A DNA stretch of 64,000 nt, taken from assembly GCA_041664745.1 (NCBI GenBank), contig JBAYKD010000003.1, positions 29,412-93,411 of the forward strand, given 5' to 3'. The translations under genes were made by a program, and so were the position numbers. The DNA is from Minisyncoccota bacterium. Its GTDB lineage: Bacteria; Patescibacteriota; Minisyncoccia; Phycocordibacterales; UBA9973. Every line of letters begins with the position of its first letter. Position 1 is the first letter of the stretch. The notes beneath the pieces are model-generated. The model saw only the letters and a list, made by a program, of their open reading frames with translations. It searched no databases and was not told where the DNA came from. Positions 1 to 9,227 of the stretch are shown here, in pieces.

Positions 1-548
1 TCATTCAACATGAGAATCGGACGGGTATGCCCTTCGCTTATCTTGCCTTGAGATAAAGCATCAAGCATATCTTGAGGAAGTGCCAATATTCGTAAGGTGT
101 TGGAAACATATTCGCGACTTTTGCCGATCTTGGCGGCGATCTGTGTGTGATTAAATTTAAATTCTTCTACAAGTCTAAAGAATGCACGGGCACGATCAAC
201 AGCATTCAAATCTTCACGTTGAAGATTCTCAATAATAGCAAGCTCGAGCTTGGCCATGTTGTCATCACCGACGCGAATAATAACTGGGACTTGTTCTAAG
301 TGAGCAATTTTCGAAGCTCGCAATCTTCTTTCTCCAGCAATCAACTCATACTCGACAGCTATACCTTCGTCCTCCTTTAAAATTTCTACACGAGAAACAA
401 CGAGAGGTTGAAGCACTCCATACTGACGAATTGAATCTGCTAAATCTTGCAATCGGGCTTCATCGAATTCACGACGAGGCTGAAAAGGATTCGGCTTAAT
501 CTTTTCTATATCTACCCAAAAAATTGAATTACTATAAAGCTGTGACAT
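1..548 (-). CDS. parB: Chromosome partitioning protein ParB/Spo0J, N-terminal part (gene runs off the left edge)
   Basis: Absent from the ORF track because it is truncated. Manual translation from the ATG at 548 gives MSQLYSNSIFWVDIEKIKPNPFQPRREFDEARLQDLADSIRQYGVLQPLVV...LIAGERRLRASK...IENLQREDLN, which are typical ParB N-terminal motifs. Confidence 0.85.
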   Translation of the reverse strand, partial: MSQLYSNSIFWVDIEKIKPNPFQPRREFDEARLQDLADSIRQYGVLQPLVVSRVEILKEDEGIAVEYELIAGERRLRASKIAHLEQVPVIIRVGDDNMAKLELAIIENLQREDLNAVDRARAFFRLVEEFKFNHTQIAAKIGKSREYVSNTLRILALPQDMLDALSQGKISEGHTRPILMLN

Positions 549-576
549 GAGTATATTTTATCACAAATTAACCAAA

Positions 577-608
577 ATAAAAAACTAAGCAAAAGCTTAG
601 TTTTTTAT
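577..608. terminator. Bidirectional intrinsic terminator hairpin (CTAAGC-AAAA-GCTTAG flanked by A- and T-runs)
   Basis: The sequence is aaaaaaCTAAGCaaaaGCTTAGtttttt, lying between tRNA-Tyr and parB. Confidence 0.6.
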
Positions 609-614
609 TATTTG

Positions 615-697
615 TGCGTCGGGTTGGATTCGAACCAACGAAGGCCGAAGCCGACAGATTTACAGTCTGTTGTGATAGACCACTCCACCACCGACGC
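615..697 (-). tRNA. tRNA-Tyr (anticodon GUA), type II with long variable arm; no encoded CCA
   Basis: The reverse complement reads GCGTCGGTGGTGGAGTGGTCTATCACAACAGACTGTAAATCTGTCGGCTTCGGCCTTCGTTGGTTCGAATCCAACCCGACGCA. It has a 7-bp acceptor stem, a CU-GUA-AA anticodon loop and a GGTTCGAATCC T-arm. Confidence 0.9.
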
Positions 698-779
698 ATA
701 TTCTAACAAGGCTAATTATACACATTTATCTAAATTTTTCAATGTTTATAAATACCTTACGTCGATTGAATAAATCTTT

Positions 780-3476
780 TTATTTAACCTTCACTTTACT
801 TCCCATTTCAATATTTGAGACTATTTTTTTCTTCTTCATATCTACAATCAATTCTTTATCTCTCATCGTCACCACCACAATGTCCTCCTTCTTCACATTT
901 TTACTTAGAAGGAAATTTGCAACTGGATTTAATATTTTATTCTGAATAAGTCTGCCCAATGGTCTCGCCCCATAGTGAGGATCATAGCCTTCTTTTGCTA
1001 AGTAAGTGAGAGCATCATTTGAAATTTCAAATCCTATTTCTTTCGCCTGTAATCTGTCTTTCACAACTTTTATTTTTAGATCAACAATACTTCGAATAGC
1101 TTCCAATGAAAGAATATCGAAGACTATCACGTCGTCTAATCTATTTAAAAATTCTGGACGGAAATAATCTTTTAAAGATTCAAGAACTTTTTCCTTCGTC
1201 TGAGTATATTCATCTATTTTCGTATTGTTCGTAAACCCTAAGGACTCCATCTTCTCTATTAATTGCGTTCCAATATTTGAAGTAAGAATTATGACTGTAT
1301 TCTTGAAATTCACAACTCGCCCCTTAGCATCAGTTAGATGCCCTTCATCGAGTACTTGAAGAAGTATGTTGAAAACTTCTGGGTGTGCTTTCTCCACTTC
1401 GTCAAAAAGAATTACCGAGTAAGGTCTATGGCGAACAGCCTCTGTAAGATTACCTGATTCATCATAGCCAACGTAGCCAGGAGGCGAACCAATAAGCTTG
1501 GAAACGCTGTGCCTCTCCATGTATTCACTCATGTCCACTCGAATTAGAGCCTTGTCATCATTGAACATAAACTGTGCTAGGGTTTTCGTTAACTCCGTCT
1601 TTCCCACTCCTGTCGGACCTAAGAATATAAATGAACCAATAGGCTTGTTTGGATCAGAAACTCCTGCACGACTCATACGTATAACATTTGAGATCTTCTT
1701 TATCGCCTCATCTTGCCCAATAACTCTGCCCCGTAATATCTCTTCCATCTTTGCCAATTTTTCTCTTTCTTCTTCAAGCATTTTTGAAAGTGGAATACCT
1801 GTCCACATAGAAACGACTTCTCCTATATCTTCGGCTGTAATTTCTTCTTTTAATATTCTGCGAGATTTTTGTAATTTCTTAAGCCTTAGAAGTTTTGTGT
1901 CTAGTTTCTTTTTCAAATCGGGAATTTCTCCATAACGTATTTCAGCAGCACGAGAAAGAAGAGCTCGCATCTCGGCATTCTCACCTTCTACACGTAGATT
2001 ATCTAATTCCTTCTTAATACTTCTTATCTCGGAAACTGTCTCTTTTTCATTTTTCCACTTAAGTTCTATCTCATGAGTCTTCTCTTTCAAATTACTTATT
2101 TCTTTTTCAATTTCTTTAATTCTCCTTTCCGTTTTTTTATTGGCTTCTGATTTATTTCCATCTCGAGCAATTTCTTTAGACAAAGCTTCTTTCTCTATTT
2201 CAAAACGCATAATCTTTCTATGTGCGTCTTCTAATACAGGTGGCTTATTCTCAAGGGCAATACGAAGAGCTGACGAAGCTTCATCAATAAGATCTACAGC
2301 TTTATCAGGTAAATATCTGTTTGTAATATAACGAGTAGAAAGATTCACTGCGGAAATTATAGCATCATCAGTAATACGAACACCGTGATAAAGTTCATAT
2401 TTTTCTTTAAGTCCACGAAGGATTGCAATGGTATCGTCCATACTTGGTTCGTCTATAAATACTGGCTGGAAACGCCTCGCTAGCGCTGGATCCTTCTCAA
2501 TATGCTTTTGATATTCCTTTAATGTTGTGGCCCCAATAGCACGAAGCTCTCCACGAGCAAGTGCAGGCTTTAACATATTTGATGCATCAAGCGATCCTTC
2601 GGAACTTCCCGCTCCTACAATAGTATGAATCTCATCTATAAATAAAATTATCTTACCTTCGGCTCTTTCTATCTCTTTAAGAATTCCGCGAAGCCTCTCT
2701 TCAAATTCTCCTCTATATTTTGTGCCAGCGAGAAGAAGCCCTAAATCAAGCGAGACTACTTCTTTGTCTTTCAAACTCTCAGGTACATCATTCTTGGCAA
2801 TTCTCTGGGCTAGAGCTTCGGCTACAGCCGTCTTGCCAGTGCCAGCTTCACCTATAAGGATAGGATTGTTCTTCGTTCGACGAGAAAGTATTTGCATCAT
2901 TCTCATTATTTCTCTTTCGCGACCAATTACAGGATCAAGCTTATCTTGGCGTGCAAGATCAGTAAGATTCCTCGTAAATTTACTTATAAGTTTTGGCTTC
3001 TTTTTACTATTATCTATTCCGGCTCCTTTTTCTTTTCTTAGTTGAGCCAAAACATCAAGCACTTGAGGTCTATTAATTTTAAATTTACTTAGAAGTTCTT
3101 TTGATTCACTTGTAGTCTCTAAAAGTGAGACGAACAAATGCTCTGTGCCAACGAATTCATCTTTAACTTCCATTGCTACCTTACTTGAATTCTCTATAAC
3201 TTGCGCCAAATCTGGAGTCAAATATATCTGATATGATGGTGATAAAGTATTTTTATTCTCAGGTGATTCTATCATTTCACTTAAATTATCTACCAGTAAA
3301 GTTGTATCTACCTCCATTTTGTCGAGAATAGAAACAATAATAGAATCTTCTTGTATTAGAAGAGCTGTTAAGAGGTGTAAAGTATTTACATGATTGACTC
3401 CACGCTCAATAGCGAGCTCATGAGCTTTCCTGATTACTTCTTTAGCTTTAGTTGTGAAATTATTGAATGGGGGCAT
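780..3476 (-). CDS. clpB: ATP-dependent chaperone/disaggregase ClpB
   Basis: 898 aa with a Clp_N repeat and two AAA+ modules (GEAGTGKTAVAE and GPTGVGKTELTK Walker A motifs). A long coiled-coil middle domain lies between them. Confidence 0.9.
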   Translation of the reverse strand: MPPFNNFTTKAKEVIRKAHELAIERGVNHVNTLHLLTALLIQEDSIIVSILDKMEVDTTLLVDNLSEMIESPENKNTLSPSYQIYLTPDLAQVIENSSKVAMEVKDEFVGTEHLFVSLLETTSESKELLSKFKINRPQVLDVLAQLRKEKGAGIDNSKKKPKLISKFTRNLTDLARQDKLDPVIGREREIMRMMQILSRRTKNNPILIGEAGTGKTAVAEALAQRIAKNDVPESLKDKEVVSLDLGLLLAGTKYRGEFEERLRGILKEIERAEGKIILFIDEIHTIVGAGSSEGSLDASNMLKPALARGELRAIGATTLKEYQKHIEKDPALARRFQPVFIDEPSMDDTIAILRGLKEKYELYHGVRITDDAIISAVNLSTRYITNRYLPDKAVDLIDEASSALRIALENKPPVLEDAHRKIMRFEIEKEALSKEIARDGNKSEANKKTERRIKEIEKEISNLKEKTHEIELKWKNEKETVSEIRSIKKELDNLRVEGENAEMRALLSRAAEIRYGEIPDLKKKLDTKLLRLKKLQKSRRILKEEITAEDIGEVVSMWTGIPLSKMLEEEREKLAKMEEILRGRVIGQDEAIKKISNVIRMSRAGVSDPNKPIGSFIFLGPTGVGKTELTKTLAQFMFNDDKALIRVDMSEYMERHSVSKLIGSPPGYVGYDESGNLTEAVRHRPYSVILFDEVEKAHPEVFNILLQVLDEGHLTDAKGRVVNFKNTVIILTSNIGTQLIEKMESLGFTNNTKIDEYTQTKEKVLESLKDYFRPEFLNRLDDVIVFDILSLEAIRSIVDLKIKVVKDRLQAKEIGFEISNDALTYLAKEGYDPHYGARPLGRLIQNKILNPVANFLLSKNVKKEDIVVVTMRDKELIVDMKKKKIVSNIEMGSKVKVK

Positions 3477-3529
3477 AAAATTAGGTTCTAATAGCTTGGT
3501 TAGAGCAATTAGTAAAAAATATAAAAATA

Positions 3530-4168
3530 TTAATTTCCAGATGTTGTACTATTTGTACTTTTTGTTGTATCTGGTTTTGTTGTAGTAGTTTTCTTCTCTG
3601 AAAGTTTCAATATTGTAAATCCATTACCAAACTTTTTCAAAATAGTTGCATCAAAGTCAATTTTATTAAGAACAACTTTATAAACTAAACTATCGTTCAG
3701 AATAGAAGAGTCAACTAATACGAGACCAACATCTGAAATAATTATTCCTTGTCCAAGTGCCTTCGTTGCATCTGTCGTAGTAGTTGGGGTTGGTGTTGGT
3801 GAAGGAGTTGCTGCTCCTGTACTATCTACTGTCGTTGTACTTGGGGTAACTGGTGTTCCCGCATTAGGATCTACTGCTGGAACCTTCGCATCAACAGGAT
3901 ATATGGAGACAACAGTATCACCATCACCCAGTAGAGGGGCAACTTCTTTTACTTCTTTGGTAGGGGTTGTAGTACTTTTAACTGGTGCTTCAACTGTTGT
4001 GACTCTCTCTATGGTTCTCTGAATGACATTATTGATGGTCTGGGGTACACTCTTCGGCATTTGATTCATAAGAGATACGGTAATAATCCCTGTAGCAATA
4101 GAAACTACAAAAGTAATAAGTAATGTAAGTAAAACAAGCTGTTTTTTGTCTAATTCTTTGATATCCAT
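3530..4168 (-). CDS. Membrane-anchored hypothetical protein with T/P-rich linker and a degenerate half trypsin-like fold
   Basis: It has an N-terminal TM helix and a TTTPT/PSPTPTPTTTT linker. The C-terminal segment GQGIIISDVGLVLVDSSILNDSLVYKVVLNKIDFDATILKKFGNGFTILKL aligns by eye to GSGFIISSDGLIVTNRHVVD...DVAIIKI of the HtrA encoded at 47977..49296, but it lacks the catalytic His and Asp. Confidence 0.5.
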   Translation of the reverse strand: MDIKELDKKQLVLLTLLITFVVSIATGIITVSLMNQMPKSVPQTINNVIQRTIERVTTVEAPVKSTTTPTKEVKEVAPLLGDGDTVVSIYPVDAKVPAVDPNAGTPVTPSTTTVDSTGAATPSPTPTPTTTTDATKALGQGIIISDVGLVLVDSSILNDSLVYKVVLNKIDFDATILKKFGNGFTILKLSEKKTTTTKPDTTKSTNSTTSGN

Positions 4169-4193
4169 GTAGATATTATATCACATCTGTCTA

Positions 4194-5399
4194 CTATTTC
4201 CACTTACTATATTTCTCTAAAATTTTAGTTAGAAGAGAGACGGATTTATCTAAATGAGCTTTGGTTGTAGGGCGGCCGAGAGTAATACGGAGAGTGTGAC
4301 CATTATCTTCTCCACTTTTACAAGCACTCTTGGAAGAGACTTCTATTCCCTTCGCATCAAGCTCTACTACAAGTAACTCACTTGTGATACCCGATATAGA
4401 AATATTTATATTATTTGGAAGCCTCTCTTTCTTACTTCCATTCAAAACTATTTTGTAATCTCCTACTTTTATATTTAATAACTTATCTATTGCGTAATCA
4501 CGAAGTTTTGTGAGTCTATCTACTTCTTTATTTTTCATTTTATTTGTAATTTCTAACGCAAGTGCGAGTCCTGCAATAGAGGCTACATTTTCCGTACCAG
4601 AGCGAAGGCCCAGTTCTTGTCCTCCACCACTATATATAGGAGAAAGTTCCACTCCTCTTTTTTTATACAAAACACCAATACCTTTTGGTCCATAAATTTT
4701 AGAACCATTGAAAGACATCATATCTACACCCAATTTTTCGATATTCGTTGTGTCTAGGTAATTCATGGCTTGTGTGGCGTCAGTATGAAAAAGGGGGAAA
4801 TCCGCTCCCCGAGGCCTTGCCTTGGGCTCCCTAAAGGCAAGGCCTCCGTCCGCAACTTTTCCTTCCTTTCTATAATGTCTTATTTCTTTCGCAATATCTT
4901 CTATCGGCTGTATTGTGCCTATTTCATTATTCGCATACATTATAGAAATTAGAATAGTATTCTCTTTCATTGCCTCCCTTACATCTTTCGGATTTATAAT
5001 TCCTTCCTCGTCTACTTTTATATAAGTCACCTCTGCTCTACCTTCACTTTCCAAAAGTTTACAATTCATAAGCACTGCCGGATGCTCTATCAGGGATGTA
5101 ATAATGTGAGGAATTTTATTATTATTTAATTTAAAATTATTTACTATCCCTAAAATAGCAATTGCATTACTCTCCGTACTGCTACCAGTAAAAATTATCT
5201 CATCACTGTGAGCATTTATATTTTTAGCGATACTTTCTCTTGATTTCTCTATAATATTCCTTACTTTTACTCCACTACTATGAATTGAAGTGGCATTTGC
5301 ATAAAATTCCTTTTCATATAGAGACATAAGTCGAAAAACTCTTTCGTCTATTGGTGTCGCAGAAGCAAAATCGAGATATATTTTCCCTTTATTAAACAT
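4194..5399 (-). CDS. Cysteine desulfurase (class V aminotransferase, NifS/IscS-like)
   Basis: Motifs HTDATQ, SFNGSKIYGPKGIG (PLP lysine) and SSKSAC (catalytic Cys) are present. The protein carries an in-frame insertion of about 20 aa (see the repeat at 4793..4853). Confidence 0.85.
   Translation of the reverse strand: MFNKGKIYLDFASATPIDERVFRLMSLYEKEFYANATSIHSSGVKVRNIIEKSRESIAKNINAHSDEIIFTGSSTESNAIAILGIVNNFKLNNNKIPHIITSLIEHPAVLMNCKLLESEGRAEVTYIKVDEEGIINPKDVREAMKENTILISIMYANNEIGTIQPIEDIAKEIRHYRKEGKVADGGLAFREPKARPRGADFPLFHTDATQAMNYLDTTNIEKLGVDMMSFNGSKIYGPKGIGVLYKKRGVELSPIYSGGGQELGLRSGTENVASIAGLALALEITNKMKNKEVDRLTKLRDYAIDKLLNIKVGDYKIVLNGSKKERLPNNINISISGITSELLVVELDAKGIEVSSKSACKSGEDNGHTLRITLGRPTTKAHLDKSVSLLTKILEKYSKWK
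4793..4853. repeat. GC-rich palindromic insertion inside the cysteine desulfurase ORF
   Basis: An 11-bp inverted repeat, GAGGCCTTGCC(4811-4821)...GGCAAGGCCTC(4836-4846), sits in a locally GC-rich patch. It encodes ADGGLAFREPKARPRGADF immediately before the conserved HTDATQ motif. Confidence 0.6.
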
Positions 5400-5458
5400 A
5401 TTTAATACTATAACACATTTGTAAAAAATGCTTTATTAGTATATACTCTCTTTAGATT

Positions 5459-5902
5459 ATGACTATATCTATACTAATTTATATACTTTCGGGCGTTGTA
5501 GTAATCCTTTTGTTGTGGATCCTTTTAACAGAGTATCGTTTTAGGAAATTCTTCGCCGGCACAAAAGCTCGTAACCTAGAAGATGTCATGATAAAAATAG
5601 GAGAACAAATGAAGGACTTGAAGGAAACTCAAGTGGTAATCAATAAGCATTTAGTCACCGTAGATAAACGTCTCGATAAATCCATCCGAAGTGTAGAGAC
5701 AATTCGCTTCAACCCATTTCTTGATGCAGGGAGCAATCAAAGCTTCGCCATTTCATTCCTAAACGATGAAGGTAATGGAGTTGTGATGTCGAGTCTTTAT
5801 GCTCGTGATCGTATGAGTATATTTGCAAAACCTATCACAGGTGGTAAATCAGAATTTGAATTATCTACAGAAGAGAAAGAAGTATTAGAAAAATCAAAAT
5901 AA
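5459..5902 (+). CDS. DUF4446-like membrane-anchored protein (family name from memory)
   Basis: 147 aa with an N-terminal TM helix and a C-terminal FNPFLDAGSNQSFAISFLNDEGNGVVMSSLYARD block. Confidence 0.45.
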   Translation: MTISILIYILSGVVVILLLWILLTEYRFRKFFAGTKARNLEDVMIKIGEQMKDLKETQVVINKHLVTVDKRLDKSIRSVETIRFNPFLDAGSNQSFAISFLNDEGNGVVMSSLYARDRMSIFAKPITGGKSEFELSTEEKEVLEKSK

Positions 5903-5908
5903 AATATT

Positions 5909-7423
5909 ATGGATAAAAACCCATTACAAACAAATAAGTTTGTCCGCCCACCCGTCGTTGTTGTCATGGGGCATGTTGACCATGGGAAGTCCACTCTCCT
6001 AGATTATATTCGTAAATCCAATATTGTAGAGTGTGAAGCTGGCGGCATTACTCAGTGCATTAGTGCATATGAAGTAACTCACAAAAGTGAGACTGGAGAG
6101 AATAGACTTATCACCTTTCTAGATACTCCCGGACATGAAGCTTTTTCTAAAATGCGTGCACGTGGAGCTTTCGCTTCCGACATCGCCATCCTTGTCGTCT
6201 CTGCGGAAGATTCTGTAAAGGCACAAACTCTTGAAGCTTACAACACTATCATAGAAAGCAAGACTCCATATATAGTAGCTATCAATAAAATAGACCGCCC
6301 AAATGCTAATGTAGAAAAAACGAAAATGGACCTTGTGGAGAAAGGTATTTATCTAGAAGGACTTGGTGGAGACATCCCTTTCGTTCTTATTTCCGCTAAG
6401 ATTGGAACTGGAATAAATGAACTCCTAGATATGATTCTTCTTGTCTCTGACATGCAAGCTTTTACTGGTGATCCTAAATTAAACGCATCTGGAATAATCA
6501 TTGAAGCTAATCGTGAACCCAAGCGTGGTATTTCCGCTACTGCTATTATAAAAAATGGAACACTCCGCTCCGGAATGATCGTCGTCGCAGGAACTGCTAT
6601 GGTCACAACTCGCATCATGGAAAACTTCTTAGGTAAGAGTATCAAAGAAGCTACCTTCTCATCCCCTGTTCGATTGGTAGGATTTGAATCAATGCCAGAA
6701 GTTGGAAATACTTTCGAATCTTTCGCTAATAAAAAAGAAGCAGAAATTTACATCAATATGGTAAAAAATGAGGCTCTCAATAATCAAGCCCCAACGATGA
6801 AAAATGTTGCGCAAATTGGGAAAGTAATTCCTATCATAATAAAGACAGATGTTGTCGGATCCATGGAGGCACTTGAAAAAGAAATAAACAAATTAAATAA
6901 TAGTGAGATCTCATACAAAATTATTAGCTTCGGGGTTGGAGCAATAAATGAATCAGACTTAAAGATGGCAAATGCCAATAAGGAAACTATCGTTGTAGGA
7001 TTCAATACCAAACTCGACAACGGAGCTCGCGACTTGAATGAAACTCTTAAGGTAAACGTGGAGGTATTCGACATTATATACAAACTTACAGATTGGCTGA
7101 AAATTATAATAGACGAAAGAAGACCAAGAGTAGAGACGGTGGAAGTGACGGGAACTCTTAAAATATTGAAAACTTTCGGATCAACTAAAGATAAACAAGT
7201 CGTTGGAGGCAAAGTGCTCCTTGGGCGAATAGTGAATGGTGGCCAAGTCCGCATAATGCGTCGTGACTTTGAGATAGGTAAAGGGAAAATTGTAGAACTT
7301 CAACAAAATAAGATAAAAGCCAAAGAAGTACTGGAAGAAAATGAATGCGGAGTACAAGTAGAAACCAAGATAGATATAGCACCAGGCGACGTATTAGAAG
7401 CATTTATAACAACAATCAAGTAA
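5909..7423 (+). CDS. infB: Translation initiation factor IF-2 (short form, starts at the G domain)
   Basis: G1 motif [12 protein letters not shown], then DTPGHEAF and NKID, followed by C-terminal IF-2 domains. rbfA follows immediately. Confidence 0.9.
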   Translation: MDKNPLQTNKFVRPPVVVVMGHVDHGKSTLLDYIRKSNIVECEAGGITQCISAYEVTHKSETGENRLITFLDTPGHEAFSKMRARGAFASDIAILVVSAEDSVKAQTLEAYNTIIESKTPYIVAINKIDRPNANVEKTKMDLVEKGIYLEGLGGDIPFVLISAKIGTGINELLDMILLVSDMQAFTGDPKLNASGIIIEANREPKRGISATAIIKNGTLRSGMIVVAGTAMVTTRIMENFLGKSIKEATFSSPVRLVGFESMPEVGNTFESFANKKEAEIYINMVKNEALNNQAPTMKNVAQIGKVIPIIIKTDVVGSMEALEKEINKLNNSEISYKIISFGVGAINESDLKMANANKETIVVGFNTKLDNGARDLNETLKVNVEVFDIIYKLTDWLKIIIDERRPRVETVEVTGTLKILKTFGSTKDKQVVGGKVLLGRIVNGGQVRIMRRDFEIGKGKIVELQQNKIKAKEVLEENECGVQVETKIDIAPGDVLEAFITTIK

Positions 7424-7424
7424 T

Positions 7425-7751
7425 ATGTCCGAGTTTCGATCAGAAAAAATAACAAATCATATAAAAGAACTTGCCGCTATTTTCATAGAAAAAGAGGCGG
7501 GGCCTACTTCGATGATCACAGTCACTCGCGTACTACTTTCGCCTGACAATAAACGCGCAAAGATTATGATCAGCGTCCTTCCACGTGAGAAAGAGAACGC
7601 CGCTTATGGATTCATCAGAAGGAATTTGGGTAATTTGCGTAAGTACGTATCGAAAGGATTAAAAATAAATCCTATTCCATTCCTCGAAGTTGAAATAGAT
7701 GAAGGAGAAAAAAATCGTCAACGAATTGACGAGTTGCTCGCAAAAAGTTAG
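7425..7751 (+). CDS. rbfA: Ribosome-binding factor A
   Basis: 108 aa in the conserved infB-rbfA gene order, with an RbfA-like sequence (ITVTRVLLSPDNKRAKIMISVL). Confidence 0.8.
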   Translation: MSEFRSEKITNHIKELAAIFIEKEAGPTSMITVTRVLLSPDNKRAKIMISVLPREKENAAYGFIRRNLGNLRKYVSKGLKINPIPFLEVEIDEGEKNRQRIDELLAKS

Positions 7752-7765
7752 GATAAAAAAAATAA

Positions 7766-7837
7766 GGCGTGGTAGCCAAGTGGTAAGGCAGAGATCTGCA
7801 AAATCTCTATACGGCGGTTCAATTCCGCCCCACGCCT
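7766..7837 (+). tRNA. tRNA-Cys (anticodon GCA)
   Basis: GGCGTGGTAGCCAAGTGGTAAGGCAGAGATCTGCAAAATCTCTATACGGCGGTTCAATTCCGCCCCACGCCT forms a cloverleaf with a CU-GCA-AA anticodon loop. Confidence 0.9.
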
Positions 7838-7844
7838 CAAATTT

Positions 7845-7870
7845 AAAAACACTATCGAAATAGTGTTTTT
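7845..7870. terminator. Bidirectional terminator between convergent tRNA-Cys and tRNA-Leu
   Basis: aaaaACACTATcgaaATAGTGTttttt. Confidence 0.6.
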
Positions 7871-7876
7871 AGTGTG

Positions 7877-7958
7877 TGCCCAGGAGAGGACTTGAACCTC
7901 CAAGGATTGCTCCACTAGTTCCTAAGACTAGCGCGTATACCAATTCCGCCACCTGGGC
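7877..7958 (-). tRNA. tRNA-Leu (anticodon UAG), long variable arm
   Basis: The reverse complement reads GCCCAGGTGGCGGAATTGGTATACGCGCTAGTCTTAGGAACTAGTGGAGCAATCCTTGGAGGTTCAAGTCCTCTCCTGGGCA. Confidence 0.9.
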
Positions 7959-8035
7959 ATAAAGTCATACTAGCAAAAAAACATATAAATTACTAGTATT
8001 TTTTATTTATTTATTTTCATGCTAAACTATCCTCA

Positions 8036-8905
8036 ATGTCTCACGAGAAAACAGCAATCAGAACCACATACTTCAGCATTATAAGTAATGCACTTTTAGC
8101 TGCCATTAAATGGACGGCTGGGTATTTTGGCAATTCTTATGCCCTTATCGCCGATGCAATAGAATCCACTACTGACATTTTCTCCTCTGCTTTAGTTTTA
8201 TTTGGTATCAAGTATTCGAGTAAGCCCGCTGATAAAAATCACCCATATGGTCATGGTAGAATTGAGCCACTCGTCACTTTTTTGGTTGTAGGATTCCTTA
8301 TGGTCTCTGCAGGCATTATAGCTCGCCAGTCAATTATCAATATTCATACTCCTCATGAACTTCCCCGTGCTTATACTCTCATAATCTTAGCTGGAATAAT
8401 TATTTGGAAAGAAACTTCATATAGACTTGTTGTTAAGAAAAGTAAAGAGACAAAAAGTTCATCACTTAAGGCTGATGCATGGCACCATAGAAGTGATGCG
8501 ATAACTTCTGTAGCAGCATTCATAGGTATCACGATCGCTCTCATTTTAGGGAAAGGATATGAATCTGCCGATGACTGGGCTGCACTTTTCGCATCTGCTT
8601 TTATTTTATATAATTGCTATCTTATATTTAGACCAGCATTAGGAGAGGTTATGGATGAACATACACACGGGGAAGTAGAGTTGAGAGTAAGAGAGATATC
8701 AAAAACAATTTCTGGGGTTCTTGATACTGAAAAATGTTTAATAAGAAAAACTGGCATGAAATACCATGTGGATCTACACATAATAGTCAATAAAGATATC
8801 TCAGTCGAAGAAGGTCACAATATCTCCCATAGAGTTAAAGATAAATTACAAGTAGAAATCCCAGAAATTTCGAATATTCTGATCCATGTTGAACCCAATA
8901 ATTAG
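8036..8905 (+). CDS. Cation diffusion facilitator (CzcD/FieF-type) divalent metal efflux transporter
   Basis: 289 aa with six TM helices, the motif NALLAAIKWTAGYFGNSYALIADAIES, HHRSD, and a C-terminal cytoplasmic domain. Confidence 0.85.
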   Translation: MSHEKTAIRTTYFSIISNALLAAIKWTAGYFGNSYALIADAIESTTDIFSSALVLFGIKYSSKPADKNHPYGHGRIEPLVTFLVVGFLMVSAGIIARQSIINIHTPHELPRAYTLIILAGIIIWKETSYRLVVKKSKETKSSSLKADAWHHRSDAITSVAAFIGITIALILGKGYESADDWAALFASAFILYNCYLIFRPALGEVMDEHTHGEVELRVREISKTISGVLDTEKCLIRKTGMKYHVDLHIIVNKDISVEEGHNISHRVKDKLQVEIPEISNILIHVEPNN

Positions 8906-8950
8906 GCCATTAATTTGCATTTTACCCTAAAATGTAGTAGTCTGTAATAT

Positions 8951-9184
8951 ATGACGATTATTGCTAATATATTACCTTATATACAGATTATACTATCCCT
9001 TATATTAATAGGAGCCATTTTGATGCAACAATCAGACGCAGGCGTAGGAGGAGTATTGGGCGGAGGAGATGGCGGTGGTCTTTATCACACACGTCGTGGA
9101 TTTGAAAAGTTTCTTTTTGTAATGTCTATTACAGTCGCTATTCTTCTGACTCTCTCATCTCTACTTGCAGTATTCATTAAGTAG
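8951..9184 (+). CDS. secG: Preprotein translocase subunit SecG
   Basis: 77 aa with two TM helices separated by a Gly-rich loop (QQSDAGVGGVLGGGDGGG). Confidence 0.7.
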   Translation: MTIIANILPYIQIILSLILIGAILMQQSDAGVGGVLGGGDGGGLYHTRRGFEKFLFVMSITVAILLTLSSLLAVFIK

Positions 9185-9227
9185 TTTTCGAACTAAAAAT
9201 ATTAATCTAACTCTTTAAGAGTGCATT

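Noticed and set aside
742-3045. + strand ORFs (742..945, 1498..1935, 2140..2331, 2722..3045) lie antisense to clpB.
   Set aside because: They are contained in the strongly supported clpB ORF, have no motifs and show S/F/I-rich artefact composition. The same reasoning applies to the other short antisense ORFs in the track.
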